A stretch of DNA of 47,461 nt from the UHGV virus genome UHGV-0210064; one strand, written 5' to 3'. Origin of the DNA: a virus. A model generated the notes under the pieces. The model searched no databases, was not told where the DNA came from, and saw nothing but the letters and a program-made list of their open reading frames with translations. Below, piece by piece: positions 1-8,058 of the stretch; position 1 is the stretch's first letter; every line of letters begins with the position of its first letter. A program made the position numbers and the translations under genes.

Positions 1-33
1 ATTCAGCCATTCCAAACAACACCAGAGGAAGTA

Positions 34-324
34 TTGCAGATGGAGAATTCAACAGCACGAAACAAACACCAGGCCAGGAATATTGAGTCATGGCTGCATA
101 ACCAAATCGCAATGAAGGGGACGACCAATGTGGCCAATGCCATGGGTCTTACAAAGTCGAGCATCAGTAAATGGAAGGAAACCTGGATTCCGAAAATAGC
201 GATGTTACTGGCGGTCTTGGAGTGGGGAGTGGTCGATGACGATATGTCTCGACTGGTGAAAGAAGTAGCAAGCCTGCTTAGAAAAGAGATGGCCCCAAAG
301 TGCTCGCAACACTTTGAGGCCTGA
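34..324 (+). CDS. cII: CII-like transcriptional activator (lysogeny establishment)
   Basis: The 96-aa product aligns by eye with lambda CII (shared ...IESALLNKIAMLG / WIPKFSMLLAVLEWGVVDDDM... core). An HTH is present and a RBS (gaggaag) precedes the ATG. Confidence 0.8.
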   Translation: MQMENSTARNKHQARNIESWLHNQIAMKGTTNVANAMGLTKSSISKWKETWIPKIAMLLAVLEWGVVDDDMSRLVKEVASLLRKEMAPKCSQHFEA

Positions 325-358
325 TGCGAATTAACTGAACAAATTCACAGGAGTAATT

Positions 359-505
359 ATGCCTAAGAGCAACAGATTTTACCAGGCGAAAACACACAAA
401 AATGTTACTCGTGACCGTTTTGTTCGCTCGGTAAATCCAGTGGTGGCCGAAAAGATACGCGCCATCCTGGAAGAGCTGAAACGGAAGGAGGAAGGCCGTG
501 AGTAA
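359..505 (+). CDS. small basic hypothetical protein (48 aa) between cII and the replication gene
   Basis: ATG at 359 follows a RBS (aggag) and the frame runs to TAA at 503-505. It is under 60 aa and so is absent from the ORF track. Product is MPKSNRFYQAKTHKNVTRDRFVRSVNPVVAEKIRAILEELKRKEEGRE. Confidence 0.3.
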   Translation: MPKSNRFYQAKTHKNVTRDRFVRSVNPVVAEKIRAILEELKRKEEGRE

Positions 506-1397
506 CGTTCTCCGCATATCCGATTTTAGAGGGTCTCAGAAGCCCATGGAGAAACCTCAGCCATCAGGGCAGGGGTTGGTATTCCTGCACCGTAAAGTAA
601 GAGAACTGCCGTTCTACAAGACCGACAGTGAAGCCGTCCATCTGTGGATCCATCTCATCATGGAGGTGAATTCAGCTGACGGGATGGTAACCACAGAGTT
701 TGGCGAGTATCCGGTTTCCCGCGGTCAGGTGATCACTGGGCGACATACCCTGTCGAAAGATACGGGAATAGCACCTGACAGGGTTAAGTACCTGCTGAAC
801 AAGTTCGCGAAAATGGGCATGATCACCACCCTGGCAAACAAGAAATTTACACTCTTAACCGTCACCAAATATGACGATTATCAGCAATTTTTTGTGCCAA
901 CAGAATGCCAACAAAGTGCCAACGCAAACCCAGTAACCACGCTGCGTACCGGCGAGGTTGTGCCAACAGAATGCCAACAAAGTGCCACAAACAATATATT
1001 AAATAATATCTCTTCTACTGACGTAGAAGAGAGTGCATCAGCGTCACCAAAATCCGAACCTAAAAAACAGTCTCTCAGCTGTGAGCAGGTTGTCGATGTT
1101 TATCACCAGGTGCTACCGGAAGCGCAGAGCATCAGGGTCCTTACTGATAAGCGCCGCAACCTGATCCGCTCGTTCTGGCAGAAAGCCAACAAAATTACCC
1201 GTCAGCTTGATGGCCACAGCTTTACCCTGGCCGACTGGGAGTCTTACCTGAGCTACATCGCCAGTAACTGCCGCTGGATGCTTGAGAATCGCCCTGATCA
1301 GCGCACCGGGAAAACCTGGCGCCGGAAGTCGCTGGAATACTTCCTGAACGTCGATGTCTACGCCAAAACGCGCGAGGGGGCCTGTGATGACCTCTGA
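498..1397 (+). CDS. replication initiator protein (lambda O / P22 gp18-like functional analogue)
   Basis: It lies directly upstream of, and 4 bp overlapped with, the DnaB-type helicase. Iterons followed by an AT-rich stretch sit inside the gene (894-1020). GTG start at 498 after ggaggaagg; an alternative ATG is at 546. Confidence 0.55.
   Translation: MSNVLRISDFRGSQKPMEKPQPSGQGLVFLHRKVRELPFYKTDSEAVHLWIHLIMEVNSADGMVTTEFGEYPVSRGQVITGRHTLSKDTGIAPDRVKYLLNKFAKMGMITTLANKKFTLLTVTKYDDYQQFFVPTECQQSANANPVTTLRTGEVVPTECQQSATNNILNNISSTDVEESASASPKSEPKKQSLSCEQVVDVYHQVLPEAQSIRVLTDKRRNLIRSFWQKANKITRQLDGHSFTLADWESYLSYIASNCRWMLENRPDQRTGKTWRRKSLEYFLNVDVYAKTREGACDDL
893..987. repeat. candidate origin iterons: two perfect 29-bp direct repeats, each holding 3 copies of TGCCAAC, followed by an AT-rich tract
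   Basis: tgtgccaacagaatgccaacaaagtgcca at 893-921 and again at 959-987, inside the initiator gene; the AT-rich stretch acaatatattaaataatatctcttc follows at 988-1015. Same layout as lambda ori inside O. Confidence 0.5.
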
Positions 1398-2817
1398 TTT
1401 CATGACACCTCCGCACAGCATTGAAGCAGAGCAGAGCGTACTTGGCGGACTCCTGCTGGACGACGACAACAGCGAGCGTACTCAGAAGGTACTTTCGATT
1501 CTCAAGCCAGAATCGTTCTACGCGCGTCAGCACCAGGTCATTTTTGCTGAAATGCGCCAGATGTACCGCGACCATAAGCCTGTCGATCTGCTGACCCTGT
1601 TTGATGCTCTGGAAAGCAAGGGACTGACAGAGACCGTTGGGGGCTTTGCATACCTGGCTGAAATGTCCAAGAACACGCCCAGCGCGGCGAACATCGTGGC
1701 CTATGCAATGCGTGTCCGTGAGACCGCTATGGAGCGCTACGGCATCGAGAAAACAACGAAGGCTATCGAGTTGCTTTATGCCCGCAACGGCATGACGGCA
1801 GAACAGAAGTTTGACGCAATTCAGGGATTATTCACTGAGATAACCGAGCACGTAAAAACAGGGCGACGGACTGGGCTTCGCACGTTCTATGACGCTGTAA
1901 CTGACTGGTCGGCGGAATTCGACGAAAGGCTCAAGCCGGATGGTCGTTCCCGCGGGTTGTCGACCGGGATCCGCTCTCTGGATGAGCTTCTCGGTGTGAA
2001 GCGCATTGTGCGCGGCAGCCTGTTTGTTATCGGCGCACGTCCGAAGATGGGTAAAACCACGCTCTACACCCAGATGGGGATCAACTGCGCGACGGTCGAG
2101 AACGAGCCGGCCCTTATGTTTTCTCTGGAAATGCCGGAAGGGCAGATGGTGGAGAAAATCACTGCGCAGAAGGGGCAGATCTCTCCAAACCTGTTTTACC
2201 CGGATATGACTAAGGATGACTACGGCTATCGCGGGGACTGGAACAGCGATCTGCAAAAGGCCACCGGTGTAATGGGCGCCCTTATTGAAACCAACAATCT
2301 CCTGATTGATGACACACCGGGTATTTCACTGGCGCATGTCATGGCTGAGTCACGTCGCATCAAGCGCGAACGCGGCAAGGTCGGAATGATCCTCGTTGAC
2401 TACCTGACGCTGATGACTGCCGATAAGGCAGAGCGAAATGACCTCGCTTACGGGCTGATCACCAAAGGCCTCAAGACCCTGGCGAAGGAGCTGGATTGCG
2501 TCGTGGTTCTCCTGACTCAGCTTAACCGTGAGCTTGAGAAGCGAACCAATAAGCGCCCTTTGCCGAGTGACTCCCGCGACACCGGGCAGATTGAACAGGA
2601 CTGCGATTACTGGCTGGCCATATACCGGGAGGGCGCCTACGACGAGAACGCAAACCAGAGTGACACAGAGCTCCTCCTGCGCCTTAACCGGCATGGTGAG
2701 ACTGGTGTTGTCTACTGCGAGCAACGTCACGGGGCGATTTATGACTGCGATCAGGAGGCTGCCAGTCAGCGCCGGCGCGAGAAAGAGGAAAAACCAACCA
2801 AGCGGGGTGGATTCTGA
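1387..2817 (+). CDS. DnaB-family replicative helicase (P22 gp12-like)
   Basis: N-terminal SIEAEQSVLGGLLLD motif. Walker A/RecA-like core (GARPKMGKTT). ATG at 1387 overlaps the upstream stop (gtgATGAcc). Confidence 0.85.
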   Translation: MTSDFMTPPHSIEAEQSVLGGLLLDDDNSERTQKVLSILKPESFYARQHQVIFAEMRQMYRDHKPVDLLTLFDALESKGLTETVGGFAYLAEMSKNTPSAANIVAYAMRVRETAMERYGIEKTTKAIELLYARNGMTAEQKFDAIQGLFTEITEHVKTGRRTGLRTFYDAVTDWSAEFDERLKPDGRSRGLSTGIRSLDELLGVKRIVRGSLFVIGARPKMGKTTLYTQMGINCATVENEPALMFSLEMPEGQMVEKITAQKGQISPNLFYPDMTKDDYGYRGDWNSDLQKATGVMGALIETNNLLIDDTPGISLAHVMAESRRIKRERGKVGMILVDYLTLMTADKAERNDLAYGLITKGLKTLAKELDCVVVLLTQLNRELEKRTNKRPLPSDSRDTGQIEQDCDYWLAIYREGAYDENANQSDTELLLRLNRHGETGVVYCEQRHGAIYDCDQEAASQRRREKEEKPTKRGGF

Positions 2818-3119
2818 TGAAAAAGAACTCGGGCAAACAAGCCGTAATCAATTACGTCGGCCAGCACCCTGGCTGCAGCTTTCAGGATATCCGCCGCGGT
2901 ACCGGGCTTGACTCTTCAGTGGTCAATTCCTCCCTGTGGCAGATGCACCGTGACGGCCAGGTTAAGCGTGCGGGTGAGTGCAGGAGCTACCGCTACACCC
3001 TGATTGACACAACAGCCGTAACCGAAAGCGATCCCTCTGTTCAGTATCGCCAGCGTCCTGGCGGCGTAAACCCAATGACCAACCTGTTTAACTATTGCCT
3101 GGCGGGAGTAAGAAAATGA
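2817..3119 (+). CDS. hypothetical early protein, possibly winged-helix DNA-binding
   Basis: ATG overlaps the helicase stop. 100-aa product. Confidence 0.4.
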   Translation: MKKNSGKQAVINYVGQHPGCSFQDIRRGTGLDSSVVNSSLWQMHRDGQVKRAGECRSYRYTLIDTTAVTESDPSVQYRQRPGGVNPMTNLFNYCLAGVRK

Positions 3120-3592
3120 AAAACGAAGTCGAACAGATTGCACTGCAAAACGATATGAGCATTGAATTCGTAACCTGGTTCTTTAACGAGAAGAAAGCGG
3201 GTTGCGGAAATGTCTGGTTCATGATGATGGCTGCAATGTGGGAGGGCTGGAAAGGTCGTAGCATCGAAATGGATAAGCTGGCTGCGGAGAATGTGGCGCT
3301 GAAGGACATCAACGCATGGTGCAAAACGGATGCATTCAAAAACATGTACCGGGAGTTTAAAACAGCAGAGTCTCTTGGGTGCTCAGATGTGGATTGCATG
3401 CATGATGCAATGCTTGTCGCAATTATGCATGCGCCTGCCACCCCCGCCACCGATCGCATCGTAGCCGAAGCCGAGGCGCGCGGGGTTGAAAAGGCCATCG
3501 CCCACCTGGAGAAGAAGTTCAGCAATATCGGCGTGCAGATCATGAATTTGCAGTGGCTGGCAGACTCGCTGCGCAAGGGAGCATCAGAATGA
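3116..3592 (+). CDS. hypothetical phage protein
   Basis: ATGA overlap with the upstream gene at 3116-3119, which suggests translational coupling. Confidence 0.4.
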   Translation: MKNEVEQIALQNDMSIEFVTWFFNEKKAGCGNVWFMMMAAMWEGWKGRSIEMDKLAAENVALKDINAWCKTDAFKNMYREFKTAESLGCSDVDCMHDAMLVAIMHAPATPATDRIVAEAEARGVEKAIAHLEKKFSNIGVQIMNLQWLADSLRKGASE

Positions 3593-3795
3593 CAAACCGA
3601 ATCCCTAACTTCGGCTGGAACCGCCTGAAACTGGCAACGCTCACCTATGAGCAACTGGCGGAGCTTGAAGAGCAAGTGAAGGCCGAGCATGCCTGCAAAA
3701 ACGGCATCCACCTCTTCGATAAAGCCGGTCAGCGAAAACTCGATGCCCTTAGCTGGGCCGTATACAACAAGCAGAAGGCGGAGCGTGCAGCATGA
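3589..3795 (+). CDS. hypothetical phage protein
   Basis: ATGA overlap at 3589-3592 with the upstream stop. Confidence 0.35.
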   Translation: MTNRIPNFGWNRLKLATLTYEQLAELEEQVKAEHACKNGIHLFDKAGQRKLDALSWAVYNKQKAERAA

Positions 3796-4061
3796 GCAAG
3801 TCATACATAGTGATTCTGCAATACCTGTGGTGCAACGAAACTGGCGGAGGCATTGAATACACTTCGGACTGCATCAAATTCGATAAGCGCGATAAGGCTA
3901 TCAGGCACGGATTTAAGCTGCGTGAAAGCGACGATTTCAACATCGGCGTAACCGAGGGCGGCAAGTTGATTTCGTTTGACTGGATGGATAAGCCGGTTGG
4001 AGAAAGCGAAGACACGCTGGCGCAGATTGCCGAGCTAATCGGTCTGGAGGGTGCAGCATGA
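3792..4061 (+). CDS. hypothetical phage protein
   Basis: 89-aa ORF in the nin-like operon, with an overlapping start and stop. Confidence 0.4.
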   Translation: MSKSYIVILQYLWCNETGGGIEYTSDCIKFDKRDKAIRHGFKLRESDDFNIGVTEGGKLISFDWMDKPVGESEDTLAQIAELIGLEGAA

Positions 4062-4789
4062 CTGATATCACCGAACTGGCGCTGATCACCAAAATCAAAA
4101 AGCAGCTCGAAAACTTTGACACCGTAGTGCTGAAAGAGGGTGAAGCCGTCGCGCTGGTAGCGGCTCTGGAGAAGGCGCAGCAGATGATTGACGAGCTGGA
4201 GGGCCGAATGGCGCTGGCCGCAATGGACAGCAGCGAGTCGGTTGAACTGCCTCTTGACTACCTGCAGGGGCACAAAGACGGTCTGGAGTGGGCCGCCCAA
4301 CTGGCAGAAGCCAATCACCCTGACACCGGAGACTGGCTTTACGATGACCCTATCGAGCTGGCAAAAGCTATTCGCAAAGGTCCAGATATGCCGCCAGTGC
4401 AGCCAGCGCCGGTAGTTCCTGAATTGATGGTGGATTGGCAGGAAAATGAGTTTAGCGCAGGCTGGAACGCCTGCCGCGCCGCCATGCTCGCAGCTGCGCC
4501 GCATGATACCCCCACTCTCAACTCGGTGCAGAGCGTCGTTACTGTGCCAGGTAAATGGATTCCGGTAAGCGAGCGGATGCCTGAAGATGATGACTTTGTC
4601 TATATCTGGCCTCGCCCTGACTTTGGTGTTGAGCTTCACGTCGGTCAGTACTGCGAATGTAGCCCTAAAGGTGACGGCTGGTATGCTCAGGTTTATGAGC
4701 AAAACTATGGCATTGAGTGGTATCCAATCACTGTAACTCACTGGATGCCGCTGCCAGCAGCACCGCAGGAGGTGAAGAGTGAGTCATGA
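4058..4789 (+). CDS. DUF551-domain protein (C-terminal WIPVSERMPE...VTHWMPLP module common in enterobacterial prophages)
   Basis: The C-terminal motif pattern matches DUF551. The N-terminal part is Ea22-like and helical. Confidence 0.55.
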   Translation: MTDITELALITKIKKQLENFDTVVLKEGEAVALVAALEKAQQMIDELEGRMALAAMDSSESVELPLDYLQGHKDGLEWAAQLAEANHPDTGDWLYDDPIELAKAIRKGPDMPPVQPAPVVPELMVDWQENEFSAGWNACRAAMLAAAPHDTPTLNSVQSVVTVPGKWIPVSERMPEDDDFVYIWPRPDFGVELHVGQYCECSPKGDGWYAQVYEQNYGIEWYPITVTHWMPLPAAPQEVKSES

Positions 4790-5003
4790 GCTTACAGATA
4801 GCCAGATCCTTGCTGACCTCATTGGCACCCTGCAGCGTTATGGCTACAACGTCGATCGGAAGTCTCTTTCGCCAGTCTTGCTAATCGTGCTTCAGGATTT
4901 AAAGGCTCGCCAGCAGGTTGCAGAAACGATGATTCGTTATCTTGAATCGCCACATTTGCTGGCTATCGACACTGCACCGACGCGGGGATCTGGCGATGCC
5001 TAA
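4779..5003 (+). CDS. hypothetical protein
   Basis: 74-aa ORF, last gene before a strong terminator. Confidence 0.3.
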   Translation: MSHELTDSQILADLIGTLQRYGYNVDRKSLSPVLLIVLQDLKARQQVAETMIRYLESPHLLAIDTAPTRGSGDA

Positions 5004-5027
5004 ATCCCCCGCAGAACGCAAAGCAAC

Positions 5028-5052
5028 AACCCACCATCAGGTGGGTTTTTGT
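5028..5052 (+). terminator. rho-independent terminator (tR2-like position)
   Basis: Hairpin aacccacc-atca-ggtgggtt followed by a T5 run. Confidence 0.6.
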
Positions 5053-5108
5053 TCCCGGCCAATGCAATTGTTTTGCAAGATAAAGCACATTTCGTGAGCA
5101 GTCTCTGG

Positions 5109-5138
5109 TTGACTAAACTTAACCAAAGTACATAGAAT
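5109..5138 (+). promoter_or_regulatory. candidate sigma70 promoter for the HEPN cassette (TTGACT-18-TAGAAT)
   Basis: -35 ttgact at 5109-5114 and -10 tagaat at 5133-5138. It sits in AT-rich DNA upstream of 5171. Confidence 0.3.
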
Positions 5139-5170
5139 TCTAAACCCACATAGCATAGGCGCAAGTTGGA

Positions 5171-5950
5171 ATGGCTGCAGGCATACCAAAGGAAAAATCT
5201 GTTGAGTACATTGAAGTATTCGGTGACATGCTCAAAACAGGGGCAACACTGAACGAATTGTCATACCACAGATTTCTGCGTGAAATTACAACGTTAAAGT
5301 CGCCTTTGTCGGCAACGGCCGTGGGGCTTCTTCATGCAGTGGCGGGCAAACTCGACAAATCGAACGCAGCCTTCATAGAGGCTCACGCTGAGTACAATGA
5401 TGTTTCCATTGCCTATAACCATTTAGTAACTCTGCGCCTGACCTGGCAAGACCACTTACTGAAAGATAAGTCATACGAATACGCAGATCTTCATGAGTCG
5501 AAAAGGCTGTCAATGATGGCATACTCTTTTGCTTATCGGTTCGGAGATAGAGACGGTCTGGTACGATACATGGATCGTCACATCAGGTTGTTATCCGATG
5601 GGGAGGGAAGGGAATTGGCAAATAGACACAAAGACGAATTGCTTTCTGAGTTAAACGATGCTTACCAATCATCAAATTGTACGCAAGAACAATTTGAAAA
5701 GCTGGCCCTTATAATTAGTCGCGTCGCTAAAGATTTCAATGCTGAAATGGGGTTGGTAGAGGTAAGCAGGAAGGGAAGCTCTTGCTATGTAGCCGACATA
5801 AAAAACAAAGATCCTAAAACCATTGCTGAGATGAATTACGTTCTTGCGGAAGCGGTCTGTGATGAGCCAATGCTGGATGATTGCAACCTAATTGGCCGGT
5901 TTTCACCACAAAGAGAGCTACATGTTGGGGTGAGCTATGTGTGTCAATAG
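5171..5950 (+). CDS. unrecognised 259-aa protein, upstream partner of the HEPN protein
   Basis: AT-rich relative to neighbours. No motif I can assign. No minimal-nucleotidyltransferase (MNT) signature (GSx..DxD). Its stop overlaps the HEPN gene start. Confidence 0.5.
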   Translation: MAAGIPKEKSVEYIEVFGDMLKTGATLNELSYHRFLREITTLKSPLSATAVGLLHAVAGKLDKSNAAFIEAHAEYNDVSIAYNHLVTLRLTWQDHLLKDKSYEYADLHESKRLSMMAYSFAYRFGDRDGLVRYMDRHIRLLSDGEGRELANRHKDELLSELNDAYQSSNCTQEQFEKLALIISRVAKDFNAEMGLVEVSRKGSSCYVADIKNKDPKTIAEMNYVLAEAVCDEPMLDDCNLIGRFSPQRELHVGVSYVCQ

Positions 5951-6332
5951 CATCGATTTCGTAAGTTCAGCTAGGCTCTACCTAAATCACGGTGACGAGG
6001 TGGGGTATAGGAATTGTATATCTCGCGCATATTATGGAATGTTTCATGAGGCAATGACATCTCTGACCAGCGTGCCATCCTATAGCGCCAACCATCACGG
6101 TAACCTAATTGGGTACATGACAACGGCTTCAGAATGCAAAAATGAGCCATTTGATAAACACAAACTAAAAGTCATGGGGTACAACCTAAAGCAGATGCGG
6201 GACTGCAGGAATGAAGCAGACTACGACATAACTGAGGTTACCGTATCCAAGGAAATGGCCGAGGCAGGATTAGAAGCTGCTGACATCTTTTTCGGCAAAT
6301 GGTTAGCACTCAAGGAAGCAAAAGCATCTTAA
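5937..6332 (+). CDS. HEPN-domain protein (COG2250/PF05168-like; predicted RNase toxin or effector)
   Basis: 131 aa. Contains SRAYYGMFHEA (Rx6H with the typical SRAYYAMFHAA context) and a C-terminal RNEADYD (Rx2ADY). Both are hallmarks of HEPN proteins that pair with an MNT. Confidence 0.65.
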   Translation: MCVNSIDFVSSARLYLNHGDEVGYRNCISRAYYGMFHEAMTSLTSVPSYSANHHGNLIGYMTTASECKNEPFDKHKLKVMGYNLKQMRDCRNEADYDITEVTVSKEMAEAGLEAADIFFGKWLALKEAKAS

Positions 6333-6396
6333 GCAAAAATTAAACGTTAACCAACTTCTGGCGGTTGATTTCTTTCTGTCACTACCAAATCACAAA

Positions 6397-6418
6397 CCTC
6401 GCTTCGGCGGGGTTTTTT
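6397..6418 (+). terminator. rho-independent terminator (cctcgc-ttcg-gcgggg + T6)
   Basis: GC-rich hairpin with a TTCG tetraloop followed by tttttt. The identical 22-bp element recurs at 30732-30754. Confidence 0.6.
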
Positions 6419-6434
6419 CTCGCCTATGCTCATT

Positions 6435-6463
6435 TTGCATTTATCCCCGGGAAGGGCGATAAT
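6435..6463 (+). promoter_or_regulatory. candidate sigma70 promoter TTGCAT-17-GATAAT restarting rightward transcription
   Basis: -35 ttgcat at 6435-6440 and -10 gataat at 6458-6463. An inverted repeat gtcagt...actgac lies downstream. Confidence 0.35.
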
Positions 6464-6517
6464 TACTTAGTCAGTCTGGACAACTGACAACTTTACCCCG
6501 GCGCCAAGTGGGGACAC

Positions 6518-7114
6518 ATGGCGCAAACACTGCAATTTGAGAAGAGTTATCAAAACGTACTGATTCCCGCAGAGCCGGGAACCAGCGAATACCTGCAACT
6601 TATCCCCGTAGGGCAACTGCTTTGCGGTGAGTTCCGCAAGCCCCGGAATTACGCATTCCACAAGAAGTTCTTCAAGCTTCTGACTCTCGGGTATCACTAC
6701 TGGACCCCTTCCGGTGGACTCATTGAGCCCGCTGAGCGCACCCTCATATCCGGGTTTATCGACTTCCTCTCACCCGAATTCGATCAGCGCGCTGCGCTCC
6801 AGAACGCCGCGGAGATGTATCTCTCCTCTGTCGGTATTTCTCGTTCCCGCGATATGGCGCTGCTAAAACACTTCGAATCCTTCCGCGAGTGGGCAACCAT
6901 TCAGGCTGGCTTTTACGACGAATACCAGATGCCTGACGGCAGCCGTCGTCGTGTCGCAAAGTCGATCTCCTTCGCCAGCATGGACGACAGCCAGTTTAAC
7001 GGCGTCTACAAATCAGTGCTGAATGTGCTCTGGAACTACATTCTGCGTCGCAAATTCCACTCGCCGGCTGAGGCTGAAAACGCCGCCAGTCAGCTGCTGA
7101 GCTTTGCGGGGTGA
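6518..7114 (+). CDS. conserved nin-region phage protein (possibly DUF1367-like)
   Basis: 198-aa ORF in the position of the lambda ninB-ninD genes. The family assignment comes from memory only. Confidence 0.35.
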   Translation: MAQTLQFEKSYQNVLIPAEPGTSEYLQLIPVGQLLCGEFRKPRNYAFHKKFFKLLTLGYHYWTPSGGLIEPAERTLISGFIDFLSPEFDQRAALQNAAEMYLSSVGISRSRDMALLKHFESFREWATIQAGFYDEYQMPDGSRRRVAKSISFASMDDSQFNGVYKSVLNVLWNYILRRKFHSPAEAENAASQLLSFAG

Positions 7115-7290
7115 TGGCTATGCAATGTCTTCTCGCCAAAGTAATGGAACGCGGCATCTTCCGCGTGCCGGCGCGCCGCAAGCGCAAGGTCGAAGTTAAG
7201 CCTTCCGACATCCCGACCCTGAAAGACTACACAGCCCGCCTGGTCGATAAGAAGTGGCTACGCCTGAGAGCACGGAGGCCACATGCGTAA
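7114..7290 (+). CDS. ninE: NinE-like protein (58 aa)
   Basis: Absent from the ORF track (under 60 aa). Its C-terminus ...DYTARLVDKKWLRLRARRP matches lambda NinE ...YTAHLWDIRWLRRRARK. ATG overlaps the upstream TGA. Confidence 0.55.
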   Translation: MAMQCLLAKVMERGIFRVPARRKRKVEVKPSDIPTLKDYTARLVDKKWLRLRARRPHA

Positions 7291-7921
7291 ACCAGCACGT
7301 CGTAAATGCGCCCACTGCCGCGAATGGTTCCATCCTGCCCGGGAAGGGCAGGTGGTATGCAGTTTTGAATGCGCCAGCGCGATCGGCAAAAAACAGACAG
7401 CAAAAGCCCGGGAGGCGGCGAAGGCCAGGGCGGTGAAGCGCCAGCGCGAATCCGAAAAGGAAGGTCGCCAGCGTCGCCGGGCCAAGCGAGAGTCATTCAA
7501 GACAAAGGCCCAATGGGATAAAGAGGCTCAGTCAGCCTTTAACCGGTATATTCGCATTCGTGATGAAGGTAAGCCCTGCGTGAGCTGCGGAAACCCGCTT
7601 ATTGGTAAGAGCAACTACCTGACCGGCAGCGCAATTGACGCCAGTCATTACCGTTCCCGTGGTGCGGCGTCGCACCTGAAATTCAACGTGTTCAATGTCC
7701 ACTCCGCCTGCACCCGCTGCAACCGGCAGTTGAGCGGCAACGCTGTTGAATATCGCATTCACCTGATTGAACGCATTGGCCTGGATCGCGTAGAGCGCCT
7801 TGAGGCTGATAACGAGCCGCGCCGGTTCGATATTCCCTACCTGCAGCGAATCAAATCCATATTCACCCGCAGAGCCCGCGCGCTGGAAAAGCGCCGCGCC
7901 CGCCATCAGGAGGCCGCATGA
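7283..7921 (+). CDS. ninG: NinG/Rap-family recombination-promoting nuclease
   Basis: MRKPARRKCAHCREWFHP... aligns with lambda NinG MAKPARRRC..CREWFHP. Conserved Cys/His clusters are present. Confidence 0.8.
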   Translation: MRKPARRKCAHCREWFHPAREGQVVCSFECASAIGKKQTAKAREAAKARAVKRQRESEKEGRQRRRAKRESFKTKAQWDKEAQSAFNRYIRIRDEGKPCVSCGNPLIGKSNYLTGSAIDASHYRSRGAASHLKFNVFNVHSACTRCNRQLSGNAVEYRIHLIERIGLDRVERLEADNEPRRFDIPYLQRIKSIFTRRARALEKRRARHQEAA

Positions 7922-8058
7922 GCCGTGACGTTATCGAACGCATCCGCGACCGCTGGCAAAAGCTCCGCCTCTGCCGGCACCGCGGAACCGTACTGGTTGA
8001 CTACAAAATATTACGCAATTTCGTCCGTATCTATCATACCCTGGGAGAGACAGCATGA
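7918..8058 (+). CDS. small hypothetical ORF (46 aa) between ninG and Q
   Basis: ATGA overlaps at both ends, 7918-7921 and 8055-8058. Not in the ORF track. Confidence 0.25.
   Translation: MSRDVIERIRDRWQKLRLCRHRGTVLVDYKILRNFVRIYHTLGETA

Noticed and set aside
3088-4741. Minus-strand ORFs of 238 aa and 330 aa
   Set aside because: Antisense to a string of translationally coupled + strand early genes.
5171-5950. Upstream cassette protein as a minimal nucleotidyltransferase antitoxin
   Set aside because: No GSx9-13DxD nucleotidyltransferase motif, and at 259 aa it is far larger than an MNT. It is left as unknown.
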